From the NCBI GenBank assembly GCA_048938895.1, contig JBHLLU010000022.1:1-64000 (forward strand): a DNA stretch of 64,000 nt, written 5' to 3'. The notes below the pieces were generated by a model. The model was not told where the DNA came from, did not search any database, and worked only from the letters and a program-made list of their open reading frames with translations. Of this stretch, positions 30,185-39,318 are shown in pieces; the first letter of the stretch is position 1; each line of letters begins with the position of its first letter. The translations under genes were made by a program, and so were the position numbers. The DNA comes from Promethearchaeota archaeon. GTDB taxonomy: Archaea; Asgardarchaeota; Lokiarchaeia; Sigyniarchaeales; SOKP01.

Positions 30185-30379
30185 CTAAAAATTTTGAATC
30201 ATTCCTAACATCATAGGTGTTATAATACTAATTATCACCCCCATTAACAAAGAGATAATGAAGAGTTCACTAGTCTTTTCCTTTAATTCTTTAAAGACTG
30301 ATATTAATATAACAACAATGGAGATTATCATAAAGCTAAATAAAAAAAAAATTAGAAGTGTCAATTGATTTCCCGCCAT
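30185..30379 (-). CDS. Small two-TM membrane protein
   Basis: 64 aa, two hydrophobic helices joined by KELKEK; fills the gap downstream of paralog 1. Confidence 0.6.
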   Translation of the reverse strand: MAGNQLTLLIFFLFSFMIISIVVILISVFKELKEKTSELFIISLLMGVIISIITPMMLGMIQNF

Positions 30380-30516
30380 AATACTGTAATACGACTATTT
30401 TTTTTAATTAAGATATTTAATTATTTTTAAATAAATTCCTGATTTTGGTTTCTGAAACCATAATTAAAAAATTTTAAAAAAAATTTTAAATTTATTTCAA
30501 TTCCTAAGTTAAAATA

Positions 30517-31182
30517 TTAGCCAGTAGTTTCTACGGGTCTTATTTTTTCGCGCTCAGCTAATTTTTCTGAAAGTTCCTTTTTGAGATCTGCTAATTTATT
30601 CTGTTTTTCGATGATATTTTTATTAATTTGTAATGCATCTGTTTCAAACTTAGTTAAATCTTTTTGCACTTTAAGATATGTTTCTTCTGCTTTAGAAATT
30701 TTTTCACTAGGCGCATTTGTATTTACTAATTTCACATAGTTTAGCTGCTTTTTTGCTAGATTACCTCTTTCTTTAGCTTCATCAAGCTTTTTATATGCTA
30801 ATTTCACTTTTACTTCCGAGATTTCAGTTTCCACATTGGCAATCTTTCGTTGAATTTCTGCAATTTTTGTTTGTATTTCAGCTACTTTCTCATTGTAAAT
30901 TGCCTGAGCTTTTTCTACTTTTACAATATTTTCGTTTAATTTCAAAAGATCTTTTACTTTTTCCTTTTTTTCAGCTAATTTTTTACTTTTCTCAGCTAAT
31001 TTCTCCCTGATTTGCGCCAAGTCAATTTCACGTTTAGCAAGCATCTCCCTTGCTTTCGCTCTTTTCAAAACTAGTTTAGCAAGAACTTTCATTTCGTTAG
31101 CAGATTCCTTTTCTGCCCTAGCTAAATTCGAATTTTCTTCCGCAAATTTTTCAATATTTTTAGTTTCTCCCACATTATTCAA
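30517..31182 (-). CDS. Coiled-coil three-helix family protein, paralog 1
   Basis: Shares AREML, AIYNEK, IAEIQRKIA, QLNY, APSEK, KLADLKKELSEKLAEREKIRP with three nearby paralogs. Confidence 0.85.
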   Translation of the reverse strand: MNNVGETKNIEKFAEENSNLARAEKESANEMKVLAKLVLKRAKAREMLAKREIDLAQIREKLAEKSKKLAEKKEKVKDLLKLNENIVKVEKAQAIYNEKVAEIQTKIAEIQRKIANVETEISEVKVKLAYKKLDEAKERGNLAKKQLNYVKLVNTNAPSEKISKAEETYLKVQKDLTKFETDALQINKNIIEKQNKLADLKKELSEKLAEREKIRPVETTG

Positions 31183-31265
31183 CCCTTTTTGGTAAATTTT
31201 AGTTTTTTATTAGGTCTTAACACATTTATTATAAGAAATTTATTTATCCACGGAATTTATTAAAA

Positions 31266-31424
31266 CTAACTATACATATCCCTATCAATATCTTTTCTTT
31301 GCTCTTCTTCTTCGTAATCCCAATCTTCCTCATCATCTTCTTCGTAATCACTATCCTCCTCGTCTTCATAATCATCAAATTCATAATCATATTTCTTCTT
31401 CTTTTCTTTTGTGTTTAAAACCAT
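31266..31424 (-). CDS. Small hyper-acidic Asp/Glu/Tyr-rich peptide (about 52 aa)
   Basis: MVLNTKEKKKKYDYEFDDYEDEEDSDYEEDDEEDWDYEEEEQRKDIDRDMYS; TGGAGG upstream. Confidence 0.7.
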   Translation of the reverse strand: MVLNTKEKKKKYDYEFDDYEDEEDSDYEEDDEEDWDYEEEEQRKDIDRDMYS

Positions 31425-31474
31425 TTTTTCATATTTCCTCCAATGTAATAACTTCTTATTGTTATGATGCTTAA

Positions 31475-31540
31475 TTGATAACATTGTATTTAAATGTTTT
31501 CATTTGATAACATCGATATCTTTATATACTTTGATATCAT
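31475..31540. promoter_or_regulatory. Divergent promoter with repeated TTGATA(A/T)CAT operator-like sites
   Basis: TTGATAACAT at 31475 and 31504, TTGATATCAT at 31531, TCGATATCTT at 31513, inverted ATGTTTTCAT at 31494; TATA TTTATATA at 31521-31528. Confidence 0.6.
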
Positions 31541-31589
31541 TATTTAACTTAGTAGGATGGATTAAAAAAAGTTATGAGAAATTTATAAA

Positions 31590-32159
31590 ATGTCGAAAAA
31601 ACCTCCAAAAAAAAAAAGTAATTTTATCGGGATTAGACTTTCAGAACAAATCCTTTCTAAATTAGATCTAATTGCTCTTCAGGCGAATAAAACACGTGGT
31701 TTAATTGCAAAGGATGCTATTGAACAATGGCTAAATTTGGAGTTATTTAATCAAACTAATGAAATGATTATGATCTCGAAGTCAATATTTTCTAAAATCC
31801 TTTCCAGCTTAGATGATCAATCATTAGAAATCGTAGCAAAAGACTTTGCCGGGTTTTTATCTGATATAATGAAATTTTCAACCGCAAAACCTATGAATGA
31901 AGAGACTTTAAAATCTTATATAGATTTTTCAGTTGAATTTTTTGGGAAAAATGGGCTGAAATGGTTTAATACCCTTGACATCTCAACACGAGATAATTCT
32001 CTTATCTTCAGAGGTTTGCACGATATGGATGAGGTATATTCAATTTTTTTCACGAAATTCTATAAATTTCTCTTATCTGAATACTTTGAATTAGAATTTA
32101 CGTCAAACTTAGAAGAAAAAACATCTAATTTAATTCATCTTGAATTAATGATAAAATAA
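31590..32159 (+). CDS. Ribbon-helix-helix (CopG/MetJ-like) regulator with C-terminal domain
   Basis: FIGIRLSEQILSKLDLIALQANKTRGLIAKDAIEQWL strand-helix-helix pattern. Confidence 0.75.
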   Translation: MSKKPPKKKSNFIGIRLSEQILSKLDLIALQANKTRGLIAKDAIEQWLNLELFNQTNEMIMISKSIFSKILSSLDDQSLEIVAKDFAGFLSDIMKFSTAKPMNEETLKSYIDFSVEFFGKNGLKWFNTLDISTRDNSLIFRGLHDMDEVYSIFFTKFYKFLLSEYFELEFTSNLEEKTSNLIHLELMIK

Positions 32160-32182
32160 AAATAGAAAAACAGAAACTAAAT

Positions 32183-32374
32183 ATGATACCACGAAAACTT
32201 GTTGAAGGTCTTGTAGATAATTACGCATATATCTATATTAAAAACATAAGTAAAGAATTTGCTGGAAAAATCAATTCTATAAATGATTTCGACATCATAA
32301 TGTTAGAAGATAAAAACTCTAATATTTCGTATATCCCACTATCAGAAATAATCGTAATTACAGAGAGACGATAA
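32183..32374 (+). CDS. Small Sm/LSm-like beta-barrel protein
   Basis: 63 aa; short helix then AYIYIKN..EFAGKINSINDFDIIMLED (Sm1-like) and YIPLSEIIVI (Sm2-like). Confidence 0.55.
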   Translation: MIPRKLVEGLVDNYAYIYIKNISKEFAGKINSINDFDIIMLEDKNSNISYIPLSEIIVITERR

Positions 32375-32430
32375 AAAACTTCACTTCAAATTAAAATTTT
32401 TTTTTAAAATCTAAAATTGAGTAGTTAAAA

Positions 32431-33084
32431 ATGGTGAATATAGAAGAATTAGAAATAATAGCAGTAGAAAATTCTGTCATTTCGAAGAAAGAAGAAATCT
32501 TGGCAAGAGAACTGAAAAAAGTAGCTAATATTGAGTTAAAAAAAGCTAGAGCTAGAGAACTTCTTATGGAAAGGATGTTAGAATCCTCAAATATAAAAAA
32601 GAAATTAGCGGAGAAAAATCATGAAATTATCGAGAGAAAAATGAAAAATAAGGATATTTTACAAATACCTGATGTGGTTTTAAATAACGAAAAAGACTAT
32701 GTAGTTTATAATGAAAGAATTGCAAAGATTCAAAGCAGTATAGCTGAGATTCATAAAAGAATTGCTAATCTAGAAAGAGAGATAGCTGAAGAAAGAATAA
32801 AATTTGCAAATAGAAGAATGGAGTTATCAAAGCAAAGAAAAGAATTATCAAAATCTCAATTCTTATATATTAAAAAAATTAAGAAATCAAGTCCCAAAGA
32901 TAAAATATTGTATGCTCACGAACTTTGGTTAAACAAACAGAATGATCTTGAATCTAGAAGAAATAGAGTAATGAATAAATTATCTGATATTAAAAAAAAA
33001 GAAAACAAAATTGCCACATTAAAAATAGAATTATCTTCAATGCTAAGGGATTTTGAAAAGATCAAACATATCTCTATAGAATAA
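32431..33084 (+). CDS. Coiled-coil three-helix family protein, paralog 2
   Basis: ARELL, YVVYNERI, IAEIHKRIA, QFLY, SPKDK, KENKIATLKIELS..FEKIK. Confidence 0.85.
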   Translation: MVNIEELEIIAVENSVISKKEEILARELKKVANIELKKARARELLMERMLESSNIKKKLAEKNHEIIERKMKNKDILQIPDVVLNNEKDYVVYNERIAKIQSSIAEIHKRIANLEREIAEERIKFANRRMELSKQRKELSKSQFLYIKKIKKSSPKDKILYAHELWLNKQNDLESRRNRVMNKLSDIKKKENKIATLKIELSSMLRDFEKIKHISIE

Positions 33085-33141
33085 ATTGAAGATTGAGTAA
33101 TAAATTCAATAAAATAAATTAGATTTTGATGGAGGAAAAAC

Positions 33142-33810
33142 ATGATAGACTTAAAAAAAATTGAGAATGAAGCCCAACTAAATATAGAAATTGCTAAACA
33201 TGAAAAAGAACTTGCGTTAAAATCTAAAACTAGCGCATTAGTTGAAATTAAGAAGTCAAAAGCTAGAGAAAAACTGTTTAAGATTGAATTTGAATTGTCT
33301 GAGAAAAAGAAGGAACTTGCGGAAAAAAGAAGGATTTTAGCACAAGTTAAATCTAAAATAAAAGAAAAAAATATTTTAGACTTTTCTGAGGAAGAACTTA
33401 AAATTGAAACCAATTACGCAATTTATAATGAAAAGATTTCAAATAATCAAAAGGAAATAGCTGAAATTAATAAAAAAATTGCCTTCGTGGAGAAACAAAT
33501 TGCTGAAAAAAAAATGAACTTATCTAAAGAAAAACTTGATGTAGCAAAAGCAAGAGAAGAATTAAGTAAGAAACAATTGACATATTTAAAAGTAGCAGAA
33601 TCTTCTGCATCTGAAGATAAGCTTTCAAAAGCTAAAAATGCCATAGAAACTGAAAAGAAAAGACTTTTGAAACAGAAGAATGATGTATTAGAAAAGGAAA
33701 AGGATATTAGGAAAAAAGAAAATAAGTTAGCAGATCTCAAAAAGGAATTTTCTGTGAAACTGTCAGAAAGAGAAAAAATCAGGCATCCTGGAGTCATTCT
33801 TGCAGGATAG
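33142..33810 (+). CDS. Coiled-coil three-helix family protein, paralog 3
   Basis: AREKL, YAIYNEKI, IAEINKKIA, QLTY, ASEDK, KENKLADLKKEFSVKLSEREKIRHP; TGGAGG RBS. Confidence 0.85.
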   Translation: MIDLKKIENEAQLNIEIAKHEKELALKSKTSALVEIKKSKAREKLFKIEFELSEKKKELAEKRRILAQVKSKIKEKNILDFSEEELKIETNYAIYNEKISNNQKEIAEINKKIAFVEKQIAEKKMNLSKEKLDVAKAREELSKKQLTYLKVAESSASEDKLSKAKNAIETEKKRLLKQKNDVLEKEKDIRKKENKLADLKKEFSVKLSEREKIRHPGVILAG

Positions 33811-33847
33811 TCTTTAAGCTCTGAAATTAACTAAAAGTATTTTTTTT

Positions 33848-34936
33848 TTAGATCCATTTTTTCTTTTTAAAAAATATAAACATTAGAAAGGCAATAACTA
33901 CCATCATAGCTGTAATTATTATAAGTAAATCAACTTGATAATTCCTGTATACAATCATATTCATTCCATAAAATCCCGCTATAAATGATAATGGAATAAA
34001 AATTGTAGATATCATAGTCAAAACTTTCATTATATCATTCATTTTATTACTGACGCTTGAAAGGTAGATATCCAACATTCCAAATATAATATCCCGATAA
34101 TTTTCCAAAAGATCACTTATCCTAAAAATATGGTCATATATATCCCTTAAATAGATTTGTAATTCATCCTTAATTAGATTTGATTGTTCTCGTTGGAGTT
34201 TATTAATCACTTCTCTAATTGGCCAGAAGGATTTCCTTAATTCAATCGAAGATCTTTTCAATTTATAGATATGTTGTAAGGTTTCAGGCTCAGGATTCTT
34301 TATTAAAATATCCTCGATGTCTTCTATATCTTCACCCACTTTTTCTAGTACAATAAAATAATTATCAATAGTAATATCAGTTAATGCGTAAAAAAGATAA
34401 TCAGCACCCATTAGTCGAATTCTGCCCTTAGGGATGTAAATTCGTTCATAAATGGGATTAAAAAGTCTAGTATCGCGCTCTTGAAATGAGATTACATAAT
34501 TTTCTCCCAAAATCAAACTGATTTGCTCATAATCAAAATCTTCTTTTTCCTGATTCCAGGTAAGTTTTTTTAATACAGTAAAAATATAGCTTCCATAATC
34601 TTCCAGTTTGGGGATTTGATCAGGGCTTAATATATCTTCTAAAACCAGAGGATGTAAATTAAATTGTTTCCCGATCTCTTCGATAATTTCTATTTGTGCA
34701 AGACCATATACATCAATCCATTTAATTAAAGGCTTCTCAATTTTGGTAAGATTAGGCGTAATATCTTTATATTCTTTATAATTGTATCGATCTTCAGTAT
34801 ATTCAGTCACTTTAATTTTAGTAATTTCTTTTACTTTATCCCCAGTGTAGATTAATGTTCCTGGTGGAAGACCAATCTTCTTTTTCTTTTTGATTGAGGA
34901 TATACCCCTACGGAATGGTCGAGAAAATCTCCTCAT
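33848..34936 (-). CDS. corA: Magnesium/cobalt transporter CorA
   Basis: GLPPGTLIYTG, LHPLVLEDI, YLRDIYDH, SNKMNDIMKVLT, GFYGMN, KKKKWI. Confidence 0.95.
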   Translation of the reverse strand: MRRFSRPFRRGISSIKKKKKIGLPPGTLIYTGDKVKEITKIKVTEYTEDRYNYKEYKDITPNLTKIEKPLIKWIDVYGLAQIEIIEEIGKQFNLHPLVLEDILSPDQIPKLEDYGSYIFTVLKKLTWNQEKEDFDYEQISLILGENYVISFQERDTRLFNPIYERIYIPKGRIRLMGADYLFYALTDITIDNYFIVLEKVGEDIEDIEDILIKNPEPETLQHIYKLKRSSIELRKSFWPIREVINKLQREQSNLIKDELQIYLRDIYDHIFRISDLLENYRDIIFGMLDIYLSSVSNKMNDIMKVLTMISTIFIPLSFIAGFYGMNMIVYRNYQVDLLIIITAMMVVIAFLMFIFFKKKKWI

Positions 34937-35013
34937 TTATTCTCACCAATTAGTATTGAATGTTTTCATTTCTTTAAATTATTTAGCCAACTTTTAAAAT
35001 TAAGTTTTTCCTA
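34858..35013. repeat. Direct repeat copy A (corA 5' end and upstream region)
   Basis: 24-nt identical block TTTTTCTTTTTGATTGAGGATATA at 34881 and 39341, plus a second matching block TAAATTATTTAGCyAACTTTTAAAATTAA. Confidence 0.85.
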
Positions 35014-35065
35014 TTTCTTTTTAATTAAGAACCAAAATTTTTAATATTTTAATAATTTCTGAAAT

Positions 35066-35734
35066 TCATTCATTAGTTGGAAATTTATCACGTGGAGGTC
35101 TAATTTTTTCTCTTTCCGCGAGCTTCACCGAAAGTTCTTTTTTAAAGTCAGCTAATCTATCTTCTTTCGCTCTTATTTCAATGGTTTTATTATATACATT
35201 CTTTATAGCATGATTTAATTTTTTTTCCTGCTTTAACCATAATTCTTCTGCTTTTGTTAATTTTTCATTTGGAGCAGAATACTTGACGAGTTTTACAAAC
35301 TTTAATTGTTCTTTACCTAGTAAATCACGTTCATTAGCAACAATTATCTTTTCATTTATTATGTTTAGTTCATCGTTTGCTATTTGCTTTTCTAAGTGTG
35401 CTATTTTTCTTTGAATTTCTGCAATTGATTTCTTGATTACTGCGATTTTTGTATTGTATATTGCGTAATCTTCTTCATTTTTTAAATTATTATTTGAAAA
35501 TTTTAAAATATCTTTTACTTGTTCTTTGCTCTCAACTAGTTTTTTACTCTTTTCAGCTAAGTTCAATTTAAGTTTAGCTAATTCTATCTCATTATTTACA
35601 AGTTTTTCACGTAATTTAGAACTTTTTTGCTCTTGGATAGCTGCAATTTTTAAATCATTAATTATTAATTTTTCCTTTCTTGCTATATCTATATTCTTTT
35701 GTGCTTTAGTTTCTAAATTCTCAACATTTTCCAT
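35066..35734 (-). CDS. Coiled-coil three-helix family protein, paralog 4
   Basis: LREKL, YAIYNTKI, IAEIQRKIA, QLKF, APNEK, RLADFKKELSVKLAEREKIRP. Confidence 0.85.
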   Translation of the reverse strand: MENVENLETKAQKNIDIARKEKLIINDLKIAAIQEQKSSKLREKLVNNEIELAKLKLNLAEKSKKLVESKEQVKDILKFSNNNLKNEEDYAIYNTKIAVIKKSIAEIQRKIAHLEKQIANDELNIINEKIIVANERDLLGKEQLKFVKLVKYSAPNEKLTKAEELWLKQEKKLNHAIKNVYNKTIEIRAKEDRLADFKKELSVKLAEREKIRPPRDKFPTNE

Positions 35735-35965
35735 TTTAATAACGCTTCTTTTTTATTTTATTTGAATCTATTGAATTTAATAACTTACGATAATCCTTAT
35801 GCAATTTTTAAATATTTCAAAATAAAAGAAACTTTTCACCCTTATTACCTGTGAATATTTGAGAGAAAACCCATTATTTTCGAAAATTAGTTTAATAATT
35901 CAAAGAAAATTTAAAAGAGATTTTATTAAATAGAACTAGAAATATTTTATAAAAATATTAAGAAA

Positions 35966-36613
35966 ATGCAAAAGCAGAAACGTAATTGCGGAAAACTTCG
36001 AAACTATTTCTTAACTCTTGAAAAAAACTCTAAAAATTTAGAAAAACTCGAAAATATTGAAGAAAACTTAGATTTAGGAATGAAATATATCCAAATGGTA
36101 TTACCAATAAAACAAATAACAAAGGAAGCAGAAAATAGATTAAAAGAAAATGTAGGAAGCAATATTCTTCGAGCACAAATAAGGGTAGTTAAAGAAGGTG
36201 ATCTTGAAATTCTTATGAATTTATATAATAAAGCTTGGCTAACCTCTCATGAACCTTTTAGAGCTTTGACTATAGATGACATTAAGGATTTATATAATGA
36301 TTCTAATTTAAAAATATTCATAGCTAGAGTTTATGGAATAGACGCGGGCTTTATGATACTTGATTTTGAAGGATTGAAAAAAGAATATGGTATCATTGTT
36401 GCAATGGGAGTTATACCGCGATTTCAAAGAAGAGGTCTTGGAAAAATTATGGCTCTCGCAGCTTGGGAATTTTTTAAGAAAAACAACGTAATTGAATTAA
36501 GAAGTGAAGTCTATATTGATAATAAGGCATCATTTAATTTCTTAAAATCACTGGGATTTGAAGATAGAGGCATTGAGATTTACACAACGAATGATTTTGA
36601 TTCCAATGATTAA
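35966..36613 (+). CDS. GNAT family N-acetyltransferase
   Basis: MGVIPRFQRRGLGK acetyl-CoA motif A, NKASFNFLKSLGF; true start may be downstream. Confidence 0.85.
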   Translation: MQKQKRNCGKLRNYFLTLEKNSKNLEKLENIEENLDLGMKYIQMVLPIKQITKEAENRLKENVGSNILRAQIRVVKEGDLEILMNLYNKAWLTSHEPFRALTIDDIKDLYNDSNLKIFIARVYGIDAGFMILDFEGLKKEYGIIVAMGVIPRFQRRGLGKIMALAAWEFFKKNNVIELRSEVYIDNKASFNFLKSLGFEDRGIEIYTTNDFDSND

Positions 36614-36677
36614 ATCCCTCAAGAAAACTCACAAATTTTGAATTTCGCATTAAAAAACTATTATTTTATATGAAAAT

Positions 36678-38072
36678 CTAGGGTTTTGAATGATTTTTAT
36701 TTTTTCTAACAGTTTTACTTCGAACTGAAATATCATAAAGCCATTTATAGATGTTTAAACTCTTAATATTCAAAATAGGTTTAGTTGTTACTCTGACTTC
36801 TTTAATTGTTCTTAATAATACGAGAACAACGGTGATTCTTACAAAACCAGAAAAAAGAAATATGAAATGAAAGGAATTCATAAACGTGACATTAATAAAA
36901 CTAACTAGAACGCTCCCTAGAAGTCCTCCCCCAGTAATTGCTAATCCAATTAAAGAATTATAAATTGCGATATATTTACCTCTTCTTTTAGATGAAATAT
37001 TATCATAAATGAAATTTGATGATGCTAAATTGAATGCTGTCCATCCAAATCCACTTAATATTTGTATACCTAAAAAGATTTGCAACGGGCTACTGTAGAT
37101 AATCCAAAAAAAGGGTAAAAATGGAATTATAATTGCTCCAATTCTTAGTAACACAACATTTCCAAATTTATCAGAAAACCTTCCTATAAGAGGAAAGAAA
37201 ATCAGACCGACTAACGTCGATGATAAATTAATTGTCATAAAAAGTGAGTATTCAAAATCTAATTCAGTTAACATATACACTGAGAAGAATGGTTTTGCAA
37301 TCCATTGTCCAAAAGTTAAAAGTGAGATAAATAAAGTAAATTTCCCAAAATTACTCTTTGGAATTTCTTTAATAAATTGGCTAATTCTAACGTGATCAGT
37401 TAAATCAAAAATGTAAGGTGGATAATAATGTTTAGTATAAAGAAATGCCGAAATTAAACGAGTAATAAAACCAAAAATAAATAATAAGATAAATCCATAA
37501 TACAAAATACCATGAAATTTAGACCAATCTAGCAAAAAGGATAATAAAATTATTCCAGTTATCCCTATTGATTGTGTGATTAGATTTCTTTTGGCAAAAT
37601 ATTTGCCCCTATTAGTTTCGGGAACAACATCCCCCATTAATGAAAACCATGGAGGAGTCATGATTCCTGTAAATAAAGTGTAAATTAGAAAAAAAATAAA
37701 TAAAATCCATGGAAGATATAACTGAAACTGATTTGATAGATATAAAAGAGCAATAATGATGAATAAAGGCCATATAAAAGCTTGTCCTAGGATTCCACTA
37801 ATTAAAACATATTTTCGTGATTTTTTTTCAATTTGTTGAGAACCTATAATCTGACCGATAGGTGATATTAAACTCCCCAAAGAAGAAATTATTCCTACTT
37901 GAAATAGGGAAGATTTAATACTAAGAGAAAACGGGACGATGTAATTATCTGCTAAAATAATACTAAATACTCCAAAAGACCCTTCAGTAATTGAGACTTT
38001 CATTGTTTTCTTTTTAAGATTGTTTTCAATATAGAGATCAAGATCATCTTTAGGAGCTGAGATTTGTATCAC
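36678..38072 (-). CDS. MFS transporter
   Basis: 12 TM, WFSLMGDVVPETNRGKYFA, GRFSDKFG motif A. Confidence 0.9.
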   Translation of the reverse strand: MIQISAPKDDLDLYIENNLKKKTMKVSITEGSFGVFSIILADNYIVPFSLSIKSSLFQVGIISSLGSLISPIGQIIGSQQIEKKSRKYVLISGILGQAFIWPLFIIIALLYLSNQFQLYLPWILFIFFLIYTLFTGIMTPPWFSLMGDVVPETNRGKYFAKRNLITQSIGITGIILLSFLLDWSKFHGILYYGFILLFIFGFITRLISAFLYTKHYYPPYIFDLTDHVRISQFIKEIPKSNFGKFTLFISLLTFGQWIAKPFFSVYMLTELDFEYSLFMTINLSSTLVGLIFFPLIGRFSDKFGNVVLLRIGAIIIPFLPFFWIIYSSPLQIFLGIQILSGFGWTAFNLASSNFIYDNISSKRRGKYIAIYNSLIGLAITGGGLLGSVLVSFINVTFMNSFHFIFLFSGFVRITVVLVLLRTIKEVRVTTKPILNIKSLNIYKWLYDISVRSKTVRKNKNHSKP

Positions 38073-38379
38073 GAATATTAATTAATTAGTAATATCTCAA
38101 TAAAAGGAGGATTCTTATTATTCATTTGGAATTATTCACCAAATTAAAAACTGAATATAATACATCTTAAAAATTTAAAAATTTGTGTTAAGAAAGTTTA
38201 AATACTGGAATACATTGAATTTAAACTTAAGATATATAGAAAAAGTTACTCTTTTTAATTGAATGGGAATTTATAGGGATCCCTGAAAAATTTTTATGTT
38301 TTTTATCACGTTTATAAAACTTTATTATAAATATGATAATTAGATTTACAAATTATTTATAATATTGAAGGTTGTTTAA

Positions 38380-39315
38380 ATGGCAAATAATATCGAAGGA
38401 AATGAAATAAAACACTTTTACAATTCAAATGACCCGCAAATTAATAGGGTTGCACAAAATGTAGAGCTTGCATCTCAAATAACAACTTTAGAAACTTCTA
38501 CCATTAGTGCTGAATTAAATGACAATTCCTTTCATAAATTCTACAATTTTCCAAAATACTATGATAAAGCTTTTTCCAGAGACGTAAAAAGCGACATTTC
38601 TTTTTTTAGAAGCTGTTTTCAGCAATATTCTGAAGGGGAAGTAAAACGAGTGTTAGAAGTAGCCTGCGGGCCAGGTATGTTCGTAGAAATTTTACCAGAA
38701 TATGGCTTTTATGCTTTAGGATATGACTTAAGTCCGGCAATGGTTGAATATGCTAAAGAAAAACTAAAAAAATCTGGATTAAATATCAACCAAGCTGATG
38801 TAATTGAAGGAAATATGAAAAACATGAGGTTTGATGAAAAATTCGATGCTGCCTTTATCTGTATAAATAGCTTAGGATATTTAAGAACTGAAGAGGATAT
38901 TTCTTCACATTTTAAAGTTATGTCTGAGTCCTTAAAAACGGGTGGGATTTATATTGTTGAAATTAGTTGTAAATGTGATGATATTAAAAATGAGAAAAAA
39001 TTTGACGATACTTGGTATGTTAAAGAAGAGAATCTTAACTTAGAGTTAACTTGGGCTGTCATTTGGTATGATATTGACAAAAGAATTCGTTATGTTGACT
39101 TTCATATGATCATCAACGATCATGGATATAAAAAATATATTAAAGAGGCACATGAGCTTCGACTTTGGATATATGATGAATTTAAACAATTTACCAAAGC
39201 AGCTGGTTTTGAAATTTTGGGGATCTTTAATCAAAATTATGAAAAAATAAGTGATAATACTCCAATTACTGGAGAATTGGGTGCTTTATTTTTTATCTTG
39301 AAGAACATTTCTTAA
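38380..39315 (+). CDS. Class I SAM-dependent methyltransferase
   Basis: VLEVACGPG, GYDLSPAM, GNMKNM, FDAAFICINSLGYL, LKTGGIYIVE. Confidence 0.9.
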   Translation: MANNIEGNEIKHFYNSNDPQINRVAQNVELASQITTLETSTISAELNDNSFHKFYNFPKYYDKAFSRDVKSDISFFRSCFQQYSEGEVKRVLEVACGPGMFVEILPEYGFYALGYDLSPAMVEYAKEKLKKSGLNINQADVIEGNMKNMRFDEKFDAAFICINSLGYLRTEEDISSHFKVMSESLKTGGIYIVEISCKCDDIKNEKKFDDTWYVKEENLNLELTWAVIWYDIDKRIRYVDFHMIINDHGYKKYIKEAHELRLWIYDEFKQFTKAAGFEILGIFNQNYEKISDNTPITGELGALFFILKNIS

Positions 39316-39318
39316 AGA

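Noticed and set aside
32916-33797. Minus-strand ORFs 32916..33413 and 33447..33797 (likewise 29701..29931, 35526..35765, 103..375, 2152..2346)
   Set aside because: F/S/L-rich antisense shadows of K/E-rich genes on the opposite strand.
30517-35734. Calling the four paralogs ESCRT-III/Snf7, PspA/Vipp1 or SMC fragments
   Set aside because: Size fits PspA, but there is no basic-N/acidic-C polarity, no short C-terminal helices or MIM tail, no Vps4 nearby and no ATPase motifs.
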